Shown in pieces: positions 62,837 through 64,000 of a stretch of DNA of 64,000 nucleotides. Each line of letters opens with the position of its first letter. The first letter of the stretch is position 1. The notes under the pieces are model-generated. The model worked only from the letters and a program-made list of their open reading frames with translations, ran no database searches and was not told the DNA's origin. The DNA comes from Squalus acanthias (taxonomy: Eukaryota), in NCBI GenBank assembly GCA_030390025.1, contig CM059432.1, forward strand, positions 98,148,001 to 98,212,000, in the 5' to 3' direction. Both the position numbers and the translations under genes were made by a program.

Positions 62837-64000
62837 ATTCTCTTTGCCAGAAAAGTAATGAGGTACAGCAACTAAAGTAGCAGCAAAGTTAGGATGAACT
62901 AGGCCAAACTACCTCACAAAGCGTTGAGTCAATGTAGAAGTCTCTCTCTCTCTCTCTCCGAATCTCTCTCTCTCTCTCAGAACGAGTGGTGCATAAATGT
63001 CGACCACAGAAAAAGACAGGAAGAGGCCCCCTTTAAATAGCGCCCCCCCCAGCCCCACACCGATTGATAACGTTCCAGTCTTCCGGTCGTTGGAAGCGCC
63101 AGGCGGTAAGGCAGGGGGCGCCACTCAATTTCCGCTCCGGGGCGCCCCAAGGGCGTTGCACCATGGAATGACGTCACAATCTGCGCGCGCAGGTGGTCGC
63201 AGCGGTAAGTTTTAGCGCCGCCGCACAATCTCAAGTTAAGTTCTCGAGCGGCGCAAACAGCGCTGTGCCCGGGCGTTAGCGGCTTAACGCCCCATTAGCG
63301 CCCTCTTAAGGCGCTAACGGGAGGCGCAACCAACTGAATTTTTCCCCCTTAGGATCTCTGATACGAAATGTAAGCTATTTGTATTTTGAACGGTTAAAGT
63401 TGTGATTGCCATAACAGATGTTAACTAAATGTCGGTTCTTTAATAAGTCTATATATTTTTAGAATTGTCTCACAGAGTATTTCTGTGTAAACTCGCAAAC
63501 TCAATTTCTGTACACTCTTCAGTGAGGAGTTGCAGAATTCTGGGGGGTATTCCGGACCCTCATAATATCCGGAAGGTTACAATCTAGTTAAACTTATTAA
63601 AAGTACTATCCGGAGGACAGTAACATTTTCAGACCGTTTTTTTCCTCTAGGGAGAGGTAGTCTGTCCTTTAGACCCAATTAAGCGTCTTATGGGATCCGG
63701 CTATCTCTAACTTTAGTTGAAGGTGAACGTCTGGAGAATATGCCTGATCTGGGGTCGTCCGAAAGGGCTAGGACTTGTAATTATCCCTTCAACATGAACC
63801 TCAATATACCAGTTTTCAGTTCACTTCCTGTGGTCCTAGTTGCAAACTGGCTGTACATTGAGAGAATGGAATCCTTTCCTGTTGATATCAGTGATGGCAT
63901 TGATCAAGGGAACACATATGGTGACATTGGCCTTTCTATAACTTCTTGGACTTTCAGGAATTCTGCAATTCTATAAAATTACAGCGCCCCTTCATGCTAC

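Larger units (their letters stand above)
59040..63348. mobile_element. Full-length PIF/Harbinger transposon, 4309 bp
   Basis: TIRs GGGGTAGAAATT and AATTTTTCCCCC, flanks TAA/TTA, two convergent genes. Absent from the matching site in the 5' LTR. Confidence 0.96.
51894..63791 (+). mobile_element. Endogenous foamy-like retrovirus, internally deleted provirus (~7.6 kb without the nested Harbinger)
   Basis: Two TG...CA LTRs, TSD ACAT (51890-51893, 63792-63795), PBS, PPT, and spumavirus-type Gag, RNase H and integrase motifs. Confidence 0.93.
58000..63791 (+). repeat. 3' LTR in two pieces (58000-59039 and 63352-63791, total 1480 bp)
   Basis: Direct repeat of 51894-53373 with about 35 substitutions counted by eye and no visible indel, split by the Harbinger. 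Confidence 0.97.

Noticed and set aside
61700..62875. Plus-strand ORFs opposite the transposase
   Set aside because: Antisense shadows of a GC-rich coding strand.
62941..62978. (TC)n tract
   Set aside because: Ordinary microsatellite in the transposase 5' region, with shorter versions in the MITEs.

Overview
Eukaryotic vertebrate DNA. The repeat content suggests a cartilaginous fish (shark or ray), which is an inference. I found no supportable host protein-coding exon, rRNA, tRNA or CRISPR array; the window is a nested transposon landscape. Main contents: (1) an endogenous foamy-like (spumaretroviral) provirus at 51894-63791 with 1480-bp LTRs, an ACAT target-site duplication (TSD), a degenerate tRNA-Lys1,2 PBS, decayed gag/PR/RNase H/integrase, and RT and env deleted, plus a diverged relative of its LTR at 10684-11526; (2) an apparently intact PIF/Harbinger transposon at 59040-63348 (open 386-aa transposase and a 3-exon, 459-aa Myb/SANT gene) inside the 3' LTR, with many decayed and non-autonomous relatives; (3) a full-length CR1 LINE at 29035-33195 with both ORFs open, whose ORF2 lacks a usable ATG and lies in the -1 frame behind a canonical U-UUA-AAC slippery site; (4) two ~1.6-kb solo LTRs of a second family; (5) LINE, SINE and MITE fragments. 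All comparisons were made by eye; no searches were run.
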